Assembly (NCBI GenBank): GCA_032128875.1
Contig: JAVLKG010000003.1
Span: 792,974-856,973 of the forward strand
Reading direction: 5' to 3'
Origin: Candidatus Melainabacteria bacterium 17Bon1m
GTDB taxonomy: Bacteria > Cyanobacteriota > Vampirovibrionia > Obscuribacterales > Obscuribacteraceae
Length of the DNA stretch: 64,000 nt
Below the pieces are notes generated by a model. The model did not search any database. It saw only the letters and a list, made by a program, of their open reading frames with translations, and was not told where the DNA came from. Below are positions 48,417 through 58,016 of the stretch, piece after piece; the stretch's first letter is position 1, and each line of letters starts with the position of its first letter. Both the position numbers and the translations under genes were made by a program.

Positions 48417-49394
48417 TCAAATCCTGTCTTCGGCGATTAAACCAGCCGGCTTATTGATGTCTTCAATGCGTCTAATCAAATCAATTCCTTCTTTTCGCAT
48501 CCGTTGATCGTAGTAAAAAAGACCGGTTGCCATAAAGGAAATGGGCCAGGTGATAATGCTTACAATCGATTCCCAGCTTTGATTGAAGAGCGTGTAGTAG
48601 AAAGGCATTTTTCCTGGATCGGTTAGGAAATCTGGACTCATGCCTTGACGCATGAATTCGAAAATCGACACTAGTACCAAAGGCAGTGATAGAGGATAAC
48701 TAATCACCATTAAAGCTATGAAAAGCAGGCTGCAGAAATATCCTGAGCGCCAGAAATCTTGAAATACCAATGCGAAAGTACGGTTGAACAAACCACCCAA
48801 AGAGAGATCTTCACAGGCGCCGACTGCAAAAGAAAAATAGAGTGCAATGCATGTGATCGTGATTGAAGCTACCAGTCCCAGAAGTCCAAAGAGCATACCG
48901 GCGAAGAGTAAATAGGTGGTCGCGGTATTCGCTTTGAAGAACGCCATGCAGACTGAAACAATGATGCTCCAGAAAGTGACAGAAACGATAATCGCCACGT
49001 ACGCAAGAGTGACTAGTCCGATGATTTTCCACTTGCGCTTCATTATGTATGCCTGCGCATCGGCATAGTTATCTGCAAAACCGGTGACGAGGCGGATGAA
49101 CGAAAGTTGTCTCAATTGCAGGAAAAGCGCGACACCGATCAGGCTAAGAATGCCCAATACGGCGGCGATCCCTGAAATGATCACCATGGTCCAGTCCTTT
49201 TGGTCCAGGCGCAAAGAAAAACTAGTCACGCCCCAGTGGAAAGCAACCTTTGAGGCGGTTAGAAAAATTGTCGGCCACAGCAGAACATGGAAGAACAGTT
49301 TGATGTTTTTGCGATAAATTCTGATCGAGCGACCGATCAGGTCACCAACCGACTGTAATTGCTGAGGTGGCGGGTCAAACGCGGCAGTTTCCAT
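48417..49394 (-). CDS. Multi-pass membrane protein, first gene of MoxR operon
   Basis: SVGDLI.RSIRIYR start, several TM helices, YYDQRMRKEG.DL end typical of this operon. Confidence 0.75.
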   Translation of the reverse strand: METAAFDPPPQQLQSVGDLIGRSIRIYRKNIKLFFHVLLWPTIFLTASKVAFHWGVTSFSLRLDQKDWTMVIISGIAAVLGILSLIGVALFLQLRQLSFIRLVTGFADNYADAQAYIMKRKWKIIGLVTLAYVAIIVSVTFWSIIVSVCMAFFKANTATTYLLFAGMLFGLLGLVASITITCIALYFSFAVGACEDLSLGGLFNRTFALVFQDFWRSGYFCSLLFIALMVISYPLSLPLVLVSIFEFMRQGMSPDFLTDPGKMPFYYTLFNQSWESIVSIITWPISFMATGLFYYDQRMRKEGIDLIRRIEDINKPAGLIAEDRI

Positions 49395-49537
49395 CCCCTC
49401 AATTTTAGCGAATCCTAACCTTGTCTGCCGGTCATTGGGAGACCATCCTTTGGAAATTCAGGTTAGGTCGGTTGCCATGGTTATAATCTGAACCCTGAAA
49501 GTTCAAATCTGATTCGCTTTACTACGGCAAAAAAACG

Positions 49538-49551
49538 AATCGATAACGATT
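49538..49551. repeat. Dispersed palindromic element copy
   Basis: AAACG-AATCGATAACGATT-GAGTT in divergent intergenic region. Confidence 0.85.
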
Positions 49552-49601
49552 GAGTTTTCAATTCCGTAAGTGGGGTTTAGAGGGGTTTTCGAGCGTTGAG
49601 T

Positions 49602-50114
49602 ATGAACCGTCCGCAGCTTTCGACTCATTTATTACCGCTTGTAAGACCTGTGCCCAATCACTTTACGGCGTCAGCCGTTGTCATTGAGGAAGGACATATC
49701 TTGCTTGTCCATCACCGACGCATCGGCGCATGGTTGCCACCGGGTGGTCATATCGACGAGGGCGAGCTGCCGCATGAGGCTGCTATACGAGAGGTTATGG
49801 AGGAGACGGGCGTTCAGGTCATGGTTCTAACTCCCGAACTTCCAGTCTCAATCGACAGCGACGCTTTTTTCCTACAACAGCCTCTGTGTATGCATGGCGT
49901 CTTTGCTGTTGAGGACGGCGTGGAGCTTTATCACATCGATATGGCGTACCTGTGCGCGGTGGACAGAGGTGAGTCCGGAAATATGCCACTTCTGACCGTA
50001 GCAGAAGAAGTGCACGATGCTGCATGGATTCCAATAGATGGTCTTGGCAGCCTTAATTTAGCCAAGAACGTAAGAGAGGTGGTCGATATGGCTCTTCTGA
50101 AATTGCGCGGCTAG
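49602..50114 (+). CDS. NUDIX hydrolase
   Basis: HFTASA, Nudix box GGHIDEGELPHEAAIREVMEETG. Confidence 0.9.
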   Translation: MNRPQLSTHLLPLVRPVPNHFTASAVVIEEGHILLVHHRRIGAWLPPGGHIDEGELPHEAAIREVMEETGVQVMVLTPELPVSIDSDAFFLQQPLCMHGVFAVEDGVELYHIDMAYLCAVDRGESGNMPLLTVAEEVHDAAWIPIDGLGSLNLAKNVREVVDMALLKLRG

Positions 50115-50163
50115 GTAACACAAATAGATCTAAATAAGCGATACTAGGATTCTGAGGGGCACT

Positions 50164-53085
50164 TTGGCGGTTCTCAGTAGAAAGAATTCGATGACTGTAG
50201 CGCTACTACAAAAACTTTCAGGGGTCAGGGATTTAAGAAAAATCCTGGAAACCACGGTCAAAGAAATCGGCGAAACGTTCAACGCCGATTCTTGCCAGAT
50301 TATGGTGAGCAATCCGCTCGATCCAAATGTCACGTCAATATGCGAGTTTAAGCCTCACAAAGACGTAAAATTGCCTGACAACTTGCCGAATGTTTCGATG
50401 CCTTTGGTCATTCAAGGACGCACCTTCGGTGCCTTGAGTTTGCAAAGACGCTCTGATGTTTCACGTGACGAAGTGAATTCGATGCGTGTCGCTCTCGGGG
50501 AATTAGGCGATATCATCCGTCACGCTCAAATCAATGACGTAATTCAGCGCGATACTTTCAGAGATACATTTCTGGTCGAAATCGGCAACGTAATGGCGTA
50601 TTCGCTTGGTATAGGCGATGCACTTTTTATGGTCGTCAATATCCTTGGCAAGGTTTTGCAAGCGAGTCGCTGTTTATTTATCTGTACCGATGATGCTCAG
50701 GCTGGCTGGAAGTGCTACGAATTTTGGCAACAAGACAAGGTTCAAAGCTGCCAGGATTATTATTGGCCGACCACCCATTCGCCGCTCATAGCGCAAGTTC
50801 TGCTCAGCAAAACGCCTCTTAAGGTTTTTGAGGGACAACTGAATTCTTATGCTTCGCCGGTGCAGGACGAACTGCAACTGATTAGCGTGAAGTCATTGCT
50901 GGGCATTCCGCTGCGCACTGCCAATGCGACTCACGGTTGTGTCATTCTGCAACAGTGCGATTATCGTCGGGCATGGACGCGCGGCGAACTCGATATGGTG
51001 CAAAATGTCGCAGACAAGGTTGCAGAAGCACTACTTAAATTGCCTGCTGAAAAGCGTGCCCGTGAGCCTATCATGCAGCTTCACCAGCGGGTTGTGCAAG
51101 ATACAGCGCCCGGCGAAAAAGCTTCGATTGGCACGGTTCGTAATGCTCTAAAGGGCGCACTCGGAGCACAAGCTATTCCGTCGGCGCGAAAAACATCGCA
51201 GCAATCTGTGCCGGCGCAGGCAAAGGCAGCGGCCGCTTCTACACCAGCTCCAGCGCCTCCGCCACCAGCACCTACGCCACCGGCACCACCGACTCCGATT
51301 CCACAACCATCTACGCCTCCTGCACCGCAACTATCTGCGCCTCCCGCTCCTGCACCGGTTGCGCAAGCTCCGGTGGCGCCAGCATCGCCACCACCTGCGC
51401 CACCACCTGCGGCGCCGATGTCCGAGACCGCACCTCCAACATCTACAGACATTCCGGCTCCGACAATCACTCCCGTTGTGCGTGGTCAAGGTGCTCCGCA
51501 ATCGCCGGCAGGATCTGCCGCAGGCAATGCGTTCAGCAACATATTGGAGCCGCCACCGGCAACCGCAACTGCCGATGTCCTGCCGATAAGCCCGGAAGAA
51601 ATTCTCACTAAAACTGCAGATCTTACCGATCAGCTGGGCGAAATCAAAGCGAAAGACCCTTACGCAGACATCGATTTTGGGGAATTTGTCGAGCCAGCGG
51701 ATTTTTCGCCGCCAGCTACTGAAACACAAGCGCTCCCGCCTGTTGACGTAGCAGCTGCTGCCCAAGCGCCTGTAGTGGCTCAACCTGCAGAACAAGCGCC
51801 TCTGCCTAACTCAGTTGCGCCGACGCCAGAAGTTGCACAGGCTGCGCCGCCAGCTCAAGAAATGGCTGCATCGTCAACTGCTGAAACAATTTCAGCTCCG
51901 GACCTAGCGCCAGCGCAAGAGCCTGCACCCGCACCCGCAGCTACACCCGCACCCGCACCCGCACCCGCACCTGCGCCCGCACCCGCACCTGCGCCCGCAC
52001 CCGCACCCGCACCCGCGCCTACACCTACACCTGCACCTGCTGCAACTCCTGAAGTGGCGGCGGCACCTGTCAGTGCAGAGTCTGCTGCAACAGCAGAAGC
52101 GGAAGCTCCTGGTGGATGGGGTAATCTTGACGCTATTCCAACACCAAAAGCGGCGCCGGCAGCAGCGCAGGCTCCCAGTGCGTGGGGCGATTTAGATTCG
52201 ATTCAAACACCCAAGGCAGCGGCGAATGCAGCACCCGGGGCTGGTTTGCGTGGCAAGCTCGGCAAGGGCAAGGCTCCGAGTCCCGCCGCTCAGGGTAGCG
52301 CTTTGCTCGCGTCGATGCACAAGGATAAGTCTCAGTTCAAGCCTCAGGAACCAGCGTCTGCGCCAGTGCAGGAAGCCAAACCTGAATTTGTCCAGGGACC
52401 GCCGATAGAAATTGATGAAGCAAAAGCCCAAGCGAAATTGCAAGAAATTCTCTCGTCAGCTAATCCGACAAGTGACTATATCTTCGCCACGCCCGGTCTT
52501 GACGCTCGTATGTTGGGCCGTATAGACGGCTGGGTTTCGCAAATCGAAGCCAAAGACAAATATTTGAACGGGCATGCGCGTCAGGTTGCCGAGTATTCGG
52601 TAGCGATTGCAAAAGGAATAGGGCTGGATGAAGAAGCGCAGAATCTTGTGCGGCAGGTGGCTCTTGTCCACGATGTCGGCAAGCTGGGTGCTGCAGCTCC
52701 CATCCTGCAAAAACGCGAAGAAGAATTACATGATTCAGAATTGATCACTGTGATGCGTCACCCGATCGACGGGGCCGAACTTCTCGAGTCGTTCCCCGAC
52801 TTGGCGCACCTGGCGCCGATCGTGAGGGCACACCACGAGGAATACAATGGAGAAGGGTTCCCTGCCGGCTTGAAAGAAAATGAAATTCCGATCGAAGCGC
52901 GCATAATTTGTCTCGCCAATGCTTATCACAACATGGTGAGCGACATGCGCTATGGACCTGGCATGGATCCTCAAGAAGCGCAGGCTGAAATTACCCGCGG
53001 GGCTGGACGCCAGTGGGATCCGACTCTCGTTCAGGCGTTTTTGCAGTGTTTGCAAAGTGGCGTAGTACCTGCAAAACATAGCTGA
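50164..53085 (+). CDS. GAF-GAF-(Pro/Ala linker)-HD-GYP-like signalling protein
   Basis: GAF motifs (GCVILQQC...RAW...E), GH..V, VHDVGK, HHEEYNGEGFP, GRQWDP; RBS GAGGGG before TTG. Confidence 0.85.
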   Translation: MAVLSRKNSMTVALLQKLSGVRDLRKILETTVKEIGETFNADSCQIMVSNPLDPNVTSICEFKPHKDVKLPDNLPNVSMPLVIQGRTFGALSLQRRSDVSRDEVNSMRVALGELGDIIRHAQINDVIQRDTFRDTFLVEIGNVMAYSLGIGDALFMVVNILGKVLQASRCLFICTDDAQAGWKCYEFWQQDKVQSCQDYYWPTTHSPLIAQVLLSKTPLKVFEGQLNSYASPVQDELQLISVKSLLGIPLRTANATHGCVILQQCDYRRAWTRGELDMVQNVADKVAEALLKLPAEKRAREPIMQLHQRVVQDTAPGEKASIGTVRNALKGALGAQAIPSARKTSQQSVPAQAKAAAASTPAPAPPPPAPTPPAPPTPIPQPSTPPAPQLSAPPAPAPVAQAPVAPASPPPAPPPAAPMSETAPPTSTDIPAPTITPVVRGQGAPQSPAGSAAGNAFSNILEPPPATATADVLPISPEEILTKTADLTDQLGEIKAKDPYADIDFGEFVEPADFSPPATETQALPPVDVAAAAQAPVVAQPAEQAPLPNSVAPTPEVAQAAPPAQEMAASSTAETISAPDLAPAQEPAPAPAATPAPAPAPAPAPAPAPAPAPAPAPAPTPTPAPAATPEVAAAPVSAESAATAEAEAPGGWGNLDAIPTPKAAPAAAQAPSAWGDLDSIQTPKAAANAAPGAGLRGKLGKGKAPSPAAQGSALLASMHKDKSQFKPQEPASAPVQEAKPEFVQGPPIEIDEAKAQAKLQEILSSANPTSDYIFATPGLDARMLGRIDGWVSQIEAKDKYLNGHARQVAEYSVAIAKGIGLDEEAQNLVRQVALVHDVGKLGAAAPILQKREEELHDSELITVMRHPIDGAELLESFPDLAHLAPIVRAHHEEYNGEGFPAGLKENEIPIEARIICLANAYHNMVSDMRYGPGMDPQEAQAEITRGAGRQWDPTLVQAFLQCLQSGVVPAKHS
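51922..52042 (+). repeat. 6-bp coding tandem repeat (GCACCC/GCACCT/GCGCCC) encoding poly(Pro-Ala)
   Basis: About 20 hexamer units, PAPAPA run in the protein. Confidence 0.9.
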
Positions 53086-53093
53086 TAGTTAGT

Positions 53094-53138
53094 TCTATAA
53101 ACGTCGTGGCTTACAAACGTTGTGCTTACAAACGTTGT
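53094..53138. repeat. 15-bp tandem repeat in convergent intergenic region
   Basis: GCTTACAAACGTTGT x2 (53109-53138) preceded by degenerate TCTATAAACGTCGT. Confidence 0.7.
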
Positions 53139-53160
53139 TTCACAGAACTGTGTTCTATCG

Positions 53161-53193
53161 CAAACAAAAGAGGGGCGGACTATCCACCCCTCT
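53161..53193 (-). terminator. Intrinsic terminator of rpsA
   Basis: Minus strand AGAGGGGTGGA-TAG-TCCGCCCCTCT then TTTGTTTG. Confidence 0.75.
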
Positions 53194-53235
53194 CTCGAAA
53201 TGTTCATGCTATTGATCGGTGCCTAAAAGCTCGCT

Positions 53236-54357
53236 TTATCCGCCGATCAAGTCGCTTACGTCCATACCACGCAGACTCAAAGAAATCTTGTGCTCCTTGG
53301 GGGAGAACTTCTTGATGATTGCTTTGACGTTCTGACCGACTTGAACAACTTCTTCGGGTTTGACGTTCGGTGTATCGGACATTTCTACCGTCGGCAAGAG
53401 TGCATCTACGCCAGGATAGATTTGAACGAATGCGCCGAAGCTTTGGATCTTGCGAACCGTGCCCGATACAACTTGTCCGTCTTGGAATTTGTCTTCGATC
53501 TCTTTCCACGGATCAGGCTGCATTTGCTTCAAGCTGAGAGAGATGTGGCCTTTGTCCTGGTCGACCTTGAGCACCTTGGTGGTGATAACTTGGCCGACTT
53601 TGAGAACATCCGACGGATGTGAGACGCGTTCCCACGAAATTTCCGAGATTGGCAACAAGCCGTCCAAACCACCCAAGTCGATGAATGCACCGAAGTCGGC
53701 GATACGAACCACTTCGCCAGTCACTTCTTGACCGGCTGCCAAAGTGCTCAAAATCTTTTCGCGCTGAGCAGCTTTTTCTTCTTGAACAGCCAAGCGTTGG
53801 CTCAAGATGAGCTTGTTGCGCTTGGTGTCTGTTTCCAAAATCTTCATCGGGATTTCCATGCCGATCAATTCTTCCGGCGTGGTTCCCTTTACGCGCAATT
53901 GGCTGGCCGGAACGAAACCGCGCAGACCATAAACATCTACGACTACGCCGCCTTTGACCACTGCAGAAATCTTGGCGCGAATGGTGTCGTCGTTTTTCTT
54001 CTGTTGTTCGAGCAGAACCCAACCGCGGGCTTGAGCGACTCTTTTCAATGAAAGCGTCAGCTGTCCGTTTTCGTTTTCCTCGCGAAGGATGTAGAACTCC
54101 AATTCTTCGCCGTCTTTGACTACATCTTTGATGTTGTCGACGGGTACATTGGAAATCTCCTTCAATGGCACGAAGCCTTCAGACTTGCTGCCCACATCGA
54201 CCAATACTCCGTCGCGCTCGACACGAACGACGAGACCCTTAACGATGTCGCCCTGCTCGTAGCGGCGGCTATTCATCGTTTCATCGAGAAGGCGCTCGAA
54301 TTCAGACCGAGTGTCCTGGTCGTGTTGTAACTGCTTTTCCGTCACTGAAATTGCCAC
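53236..54357 (-). CDS. rpsA: 30S ribosomal protein S1 (short, 4 S1 domains)
   Basis: DVGSKSEGFVP, GLRGFVPAS, DFGAFIDLGGLDGLL.ISEISW; GTG start with AGAGG SD. Confidence 0.93.
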   Translation of the reverse strand: MAISVTEKQLQHDQDTRSEFERLLDETMNSRRYEQGDIVKGLVVRVERDGVLVDVGSKSEGFVPLKEISNVPVDNIKDVVKDGEELEFYILREENENGQLTLSLKRVAQARGWVLLEQQKKNDDTIRAKISAVVKGGVVVDVYGLRGFVPASQLRVKGTTPEELIGMEIPMKILETDTKRNKLILSQRLAVQEEKAAQREKILSTLAAGQEVTGEVVRIADFGAFIDLGGLDGLLPISEISWERVSHPSDVLKVGQVITTKVLKVDQDKGHISLSLKQMQPDPWKEIEDKFQDGQVVSGTVRKIQSFGAFVQIYPGVDALLPTVEMSDTPNVKPEEVVQVGQNVKAIIKKFSPKEHKISLSLRGMDVSDLIGG

Positions 54358-54376
54358 TCCTTTAACCTCTTTTGAT

Positions 54377-54519
54377 GCATCGATGCGGTCGAAACGTCGC
54401 TCCCATGCCGCGAATTGCCCAAGCACTCGCTGGTGCATCGACGCGCCGAAATATCGGCGGGTCACAAACCCAAGATCTTAATCTTGGCATGCGACCAAAA
54501 CTTCCGCCACCGGGCGGAA
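54377..54519 (-). promoter_or_regulatory. Structured 5' leader of rpsA (four hairpins)
   Basis: Stems at 54502-54519, 54460-54496, 54444-54459 and 54378-54443. Confidence 0.6.
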
Positions 54520-54525
54520 ACGTAC

Positions 54526-54555
54526 AATATAAGACAACGTGCGCAAGGACTTCAA
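54526..54555 (-). promoter_or_regulatory. Probable sigma70 promoter of rpsA
   Basis: TTGAAG-N18-TATATT just upstream of the first leader hairpin. Confidence 0.45.
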
Positions 54556-55036
54556 GGTTATGTATTGAGGTTTAGAGGAACCTTTAGACTTGCTTTATAG
54601 TTCGTCGCTAATCTGTATCCCTCTTATGCCGCGCAGGAGCCTGTTTCCGGGCGTTTCCTAGAAGCTTAAACGACGCCGCGGTAAAACCCTCCCTTATCCT
54701 CTATTTATCTAAATCCCTGCAACTTTTCTCAATTTTTCTATCAGAAGCACCGAATTTTTTCGAAACTCTCGGTCATTTTTCTCCACATTTGATTTCAAGT
54801 TGGACTTTTGAAATTGGAAAACGTGCCGTTAATGTATCTCTTGGCTTCTGGTTTTTGGAAGATTCCAACCTCTCTATATGCAAACGGGTCGAAAACCGAT
54901 CAAAAGTATTCGCGCTGTAGATCTGTCGGATAGCCTGATTTTGTGAGCTTTTTCATAGTTGCGCGCTAACCTTAAACACGACATATAATTTTCTCGTTCC
55001 GTTGTTCATCAAGGTTTTGACAGGCGAGGCAAGCAA

Positions 55037-55543
55037 ATGAAGCCAGCAAGTTTTTATCGTAAGTCGGTAATGGGCGCCGCAAGCACCCTTGCCATATCTC
55101 TCGTTTTTGGTATCGGTGCTGGTGCACAGACAGCAGTCGCACCGTCCGAAACACCCGAGTTGGCTGCATCCAGCCATGCTCTCGAGCTAGCCAAGACAAA
55201 GCTCGACCAATGCCGCAAGCAGCTGGAAGCATCACGGGCGCTGCTGCGTGCTGCTGAAGCAGAGTACAAAGCTGCCGTGGCAAGCAAGGCTGCTCTCAGT
55301 TTGAGAACGCATGCCAAGCAGCTCGCTGATTTGTCCGGTTTGCCGGCGCATATCTCTGATTCGGCGCCGGTAGTGGTGCCTGTTGATTTGCAGAGCCTTC
55401 CTGCTTTGGGCATCGGGACACAAGTTAAGGCCGGTCAGCCTCAACAATCGGTAGATCTCGCTCCCACACGCATCAATAATGTGGATTTCAATGCTGAGCC
55501 GGCACCGGCTCCTGGCGCGCAAAATCCACCGGTTCAACAGTAA
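55037..55543 (+). CDS. Secreted hypothetical protein with coiled coil
   Basis: Signal peptide ending AGA-Q, heptad-like LELAKTKLDQ...AAEAEYKAA; GAGG upstream. Confidence 0.65.
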   Translation: MKPASFYRKSVMGAASTLAISLVFGIGAGAQTAVAPSETPELAASSHALELAKTKLDQCRKQLEASRALLRAAEAEYKAAVASKAALSLRTHAKQLADLSGLPAHISDSAPVVVPVDLQSLPALGIGTQVKAGQPQQSVDLAPTRINNVDFNAEPAPAPGAQNPPVQQ

Positions 55544-55580
55544 ACCGAAAGGTTTGAGTCGTCAGGCAAAAGAAAATCGT

Positions 55581-56318
55581 TTAGCGGTCGCCCTGGCGGC
55601 CGCTTTTCTTTAGGGCTGAGACGCCTATCTTCTCTACGGCAGCCTTGGCTGCCATCTGCTCGGCGGCCTTTTTCGTGCTTCCAGAGCCGGACGCCAGCGT
55701 GTTTCCCTCTATAGCAACCGAAACTGAAAACGTCGGTTCATGGGGAGGTCCGTCAATTTTGTCTACCGTGTAGACCGGCACGCCCTGGCCGCCGCCCTGG
55801 CTGTACTCCTGCAATTGCGCCTTGTAATTGTCTTTTGCTTCGTCTTTATCAACGTCTGTTGCGCGGCTTCCGAAGAGCCTCAAGACTAGATTTTGTACTT
55901 CGAATAATCCAAGATCGTTGTATACGGCGCCAAAAATCGCTTCCATCGAACGCGCCATAATCGAGGGGCGCATCTGGACTTGTCTTCCTAGCAAAATGTA
56001 CTTGCTCAGTCCAAAGTCTTGCGCAATTTCTGCCAGTGTTTTGTCCGAAACCAACACTGAGCGAATAGAGGTGAGCTGCCCTTCATCGTAGTCGGGAAAG
56101 CGCTCTAGCAAATATTCGCTTACGACAAAGCGCAAAACCGAGTCGCCAAAGAATTCCAAGCGCTCGTAATCACGAGCTCCCGGGGTTTCGGCCGCAAAGG
56201 ATGAGTGCGTTAGTGCCTCGTTAAGAACCGCCAGGCGACCGAACAGGACGCCCAGCTTCTGGCAGAGCTGCTCTAATTCTTTGACACGTTTTGGGGACAG
56301 TGAATAGCTATCTATCAT
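55581..56318 (-). CDS. rnc: Ribonuclease III
   Basis: ALTHSS, ERLEF.GDSVL signature, EA.FGAVY.D, dsRBD YKAQLQE...GPPH...KKAAEQMAA. Confidence 0.95.
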   Translation of the reverse strand: MIDSYSLSPKRVKELEQLCQKLGVLFGRLAVLNEALTHSSFAAETPGARDYERLEFFGDSVLRFVVSEYLLERFPDYDEGQLTSIRSVLVSDKTLAEIAQDFGLSKYILLGRQVQMRPSIMARSMEAIFGAVYNDLGLFEVQNLVLRLFGSRATDVDKDEAKDNYKAQLQEYSQGGGQGVPVYTVDKIDGPPHEPTFSVSVAIEGNTLASGSGSTKKAAEQMAAKAAVEKIGVSALKKSGRQGDR

Positions 56319-56600
56319 TGCTTTTACTTCAGGGATTCCAAAAAGAACTATTTGATCTAACCAATATTTTTACTTACAAGCACCCTCGTCTTGAATACTT
56401 GAGAGATAGAAGAACTATTTTTGTTAACCATTGTTGCATGCGTAGTCCGATTATGCCCATGCCTGCTGGGTTTGAATGCCGCGGCGAAGACAAAAAACGG
56501 AGATAGTCAAGTATTTCTGTCGCTGAAGACCGGGCTCCAGTCATAAAGGTCGGTTCGTTTTTCTTCTTGAAATTTTTGCCAGCTTTCAAAAAAAAGATTG

Positions 56601-56642
56601 AATCGTTATCGATTGAGTTCTTATAGCGAATCGTTATCGATT
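56601..56642. repeat. Two copies of dispersed palindromic element (56601-56614 and 56629-56642)
   Basis: AATCGTTATCGATT-GAGTTCTTATAGCG-AATCGTTATCGATT, 28-bp period. Confidence 0.9.
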
Positions 56643-56893
56643 GGGTTTTTTGAAGTGATGAGTGCCGCTTGGCTTCGCGGAAGCTGAGCGGTAGTAATCA
56701 AGTATTGAGCAAAATTCAAGGTAGGTCTAAAACCGCTACACGTGCCTAATTTGTGTTCTCTAAAGCTAATTTCAACTCGCTTCTTACGTGCCTATAATCT
56801 AGTTACAGTGCGGCGTTATGTCAGGCCTGATATGCTTTACGGGGCGGTGAAAATGACCGCCGATTGCCAGAAATATTCGGCTCGGGGATAGCG

Positions 56894-57286
56894 ATGTATC
56901 AACTTCAGTTGGCGCAGATTGCCTTGTTTGTTCTGATGGGCTTTGCCCTTCCGGCGCTTGGAATGATCTTGCTTGCTTGGATCTTGCAGCTCATGTTCGG
57001 TTATCACAGACCGTCGAAGACCAAGATTCAGCCTTACGAATGCGGCATGAAGCCTCTGCAAGAAGCTCATGTGCAGTTTGATATTCGCTACTACCTGTAT
57101 GCGCTTCTCTTTATTCTTTTCGATATCGAAATCGTATTCATCATTCCCTGGGCTCTGGCAACCGACCAGGTCGGCAAAGCACTCAATTTCAAGATGTTTG
57201 GACCTATCGAAGTAACGATATTCCTTTCCATTCTGGTAGTTGGACTTGCATACGCCTGGAAAAAGGGCGCTCTTGAGTGGGAGTAA
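56894..57286 (+). CDS. ndhC: NADH:quinone oxidoreductase subunit A (NdhC)
   Basis: PYECG, RYYLYALLFILFDIE, AWKKGALEWE. Confidence 0.95.
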   Translation: MYQLQLAQIALFVLMGFALPALGMILLAWILQLMFGYHRPSKTKIQPYECGMKPLQEAHVQFDIRYYLYALLFILFDIEIVFIIPWALATDQVGKALNFKMFGPIEVTIFLSILVVGLAYAWKKGALEWE

Positions 57287-57292
57287 TGATCG

Positions 57293-57982
57293 ATGGCAGA
57301 TAGTGACGTCCAGGGCATGAACGAAGTCCCTGATGAATTGAAAGACACAGTCACGCTGACAACGCTTGAAAAAATGATTGAAGCGATGGGTGATTTATTG
57401 TCGCCTGTAGTCAGCCCTATTGCCAATGCGGCTCGCTCGAATTCAGTTTGGCCTTTGACATTCGGCACTTCGTGTTGCGCTATCGAGATGATGTCAGTCG
57501 GGATGTCGAAATTCGATATCTCTAGATTCGGCTCTGAAGTTTTTCGCGCTACTCCGAGACAGGCGGACATGATCATTACCGCCGGTACAATTACTCGCAA
57601 AATGGCGCCGGCTTTGATCACTCTTTATGAACAAATGCCTGAGCCTAAGTACGTAATTGCCATGGGCGCATGCACCGTGACTGGCGGCATGTTCAACGAT
57701 TCTTATTCTGTAGTGCAAGGTGTTGACCGCGTTATTCCGGTCGACATTTATTTGCCTGGCTGCCCTCCTCGTCCGGAAGGCATTCTTGATGCACTTCTCA
57801 AGCTGCAACAAAAAATTCGTACTGAGTCTTACGCCGAGCGCAAGAAAAAACGGTACAGACAAAATGCGGTACGCCAAGTCGATTACGATACCGGACGTCC
57901 GCTTGAAGACTTGATCGATGAAGCTAGATTCGAAACCGCTCTAGCGCTTGATCCGCTCAAGAGTCTTCAAGAAAAGGCGTAA
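57293..57982 (+). CDS. ndhK: NADH:quinone oxidoreductase subunit B (NdhK)
   Basis: [27 protein letters not shown]. Confidence 0.95.
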   Translation: MADSDVQGMNEVPDELKDTVTLTTLEKMIEAMGDLLSPVVSPIANAARSNSVWPLTFGTSCCAIEMMSVGMSKFDISRFGSEVFRATPRQADMIITAGTITRKMAPALITLYEQMPEPKYVIAMGACTVTGGMFNDSYSVVQGVDRVIPVDIYLPGCPPRPEGILDALLKLQQKIRTESYAERKKKRYRQNAVRQVDYDTGRPLEDLIDEARFETALALDPLKSLQEKA

Positions 57983-58016
57983 TTGCAAACCACAGCAGAT
58001 AACAAGGGACTTCGAA

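Noticed and set aside
44203-49394. MoxR operon as a novel system
   Set aside because: This membrane protein-DUF4129-DUF4350-MoxR-DUF58 arrangement is a known widespread operon type, although its function is poorly understood.
56601-56642. Paired repeats as a mini CRISPR array
   Set aside because: Repeat core only 14 bp, linker 14 bp, two copies, no cas genes in the window.
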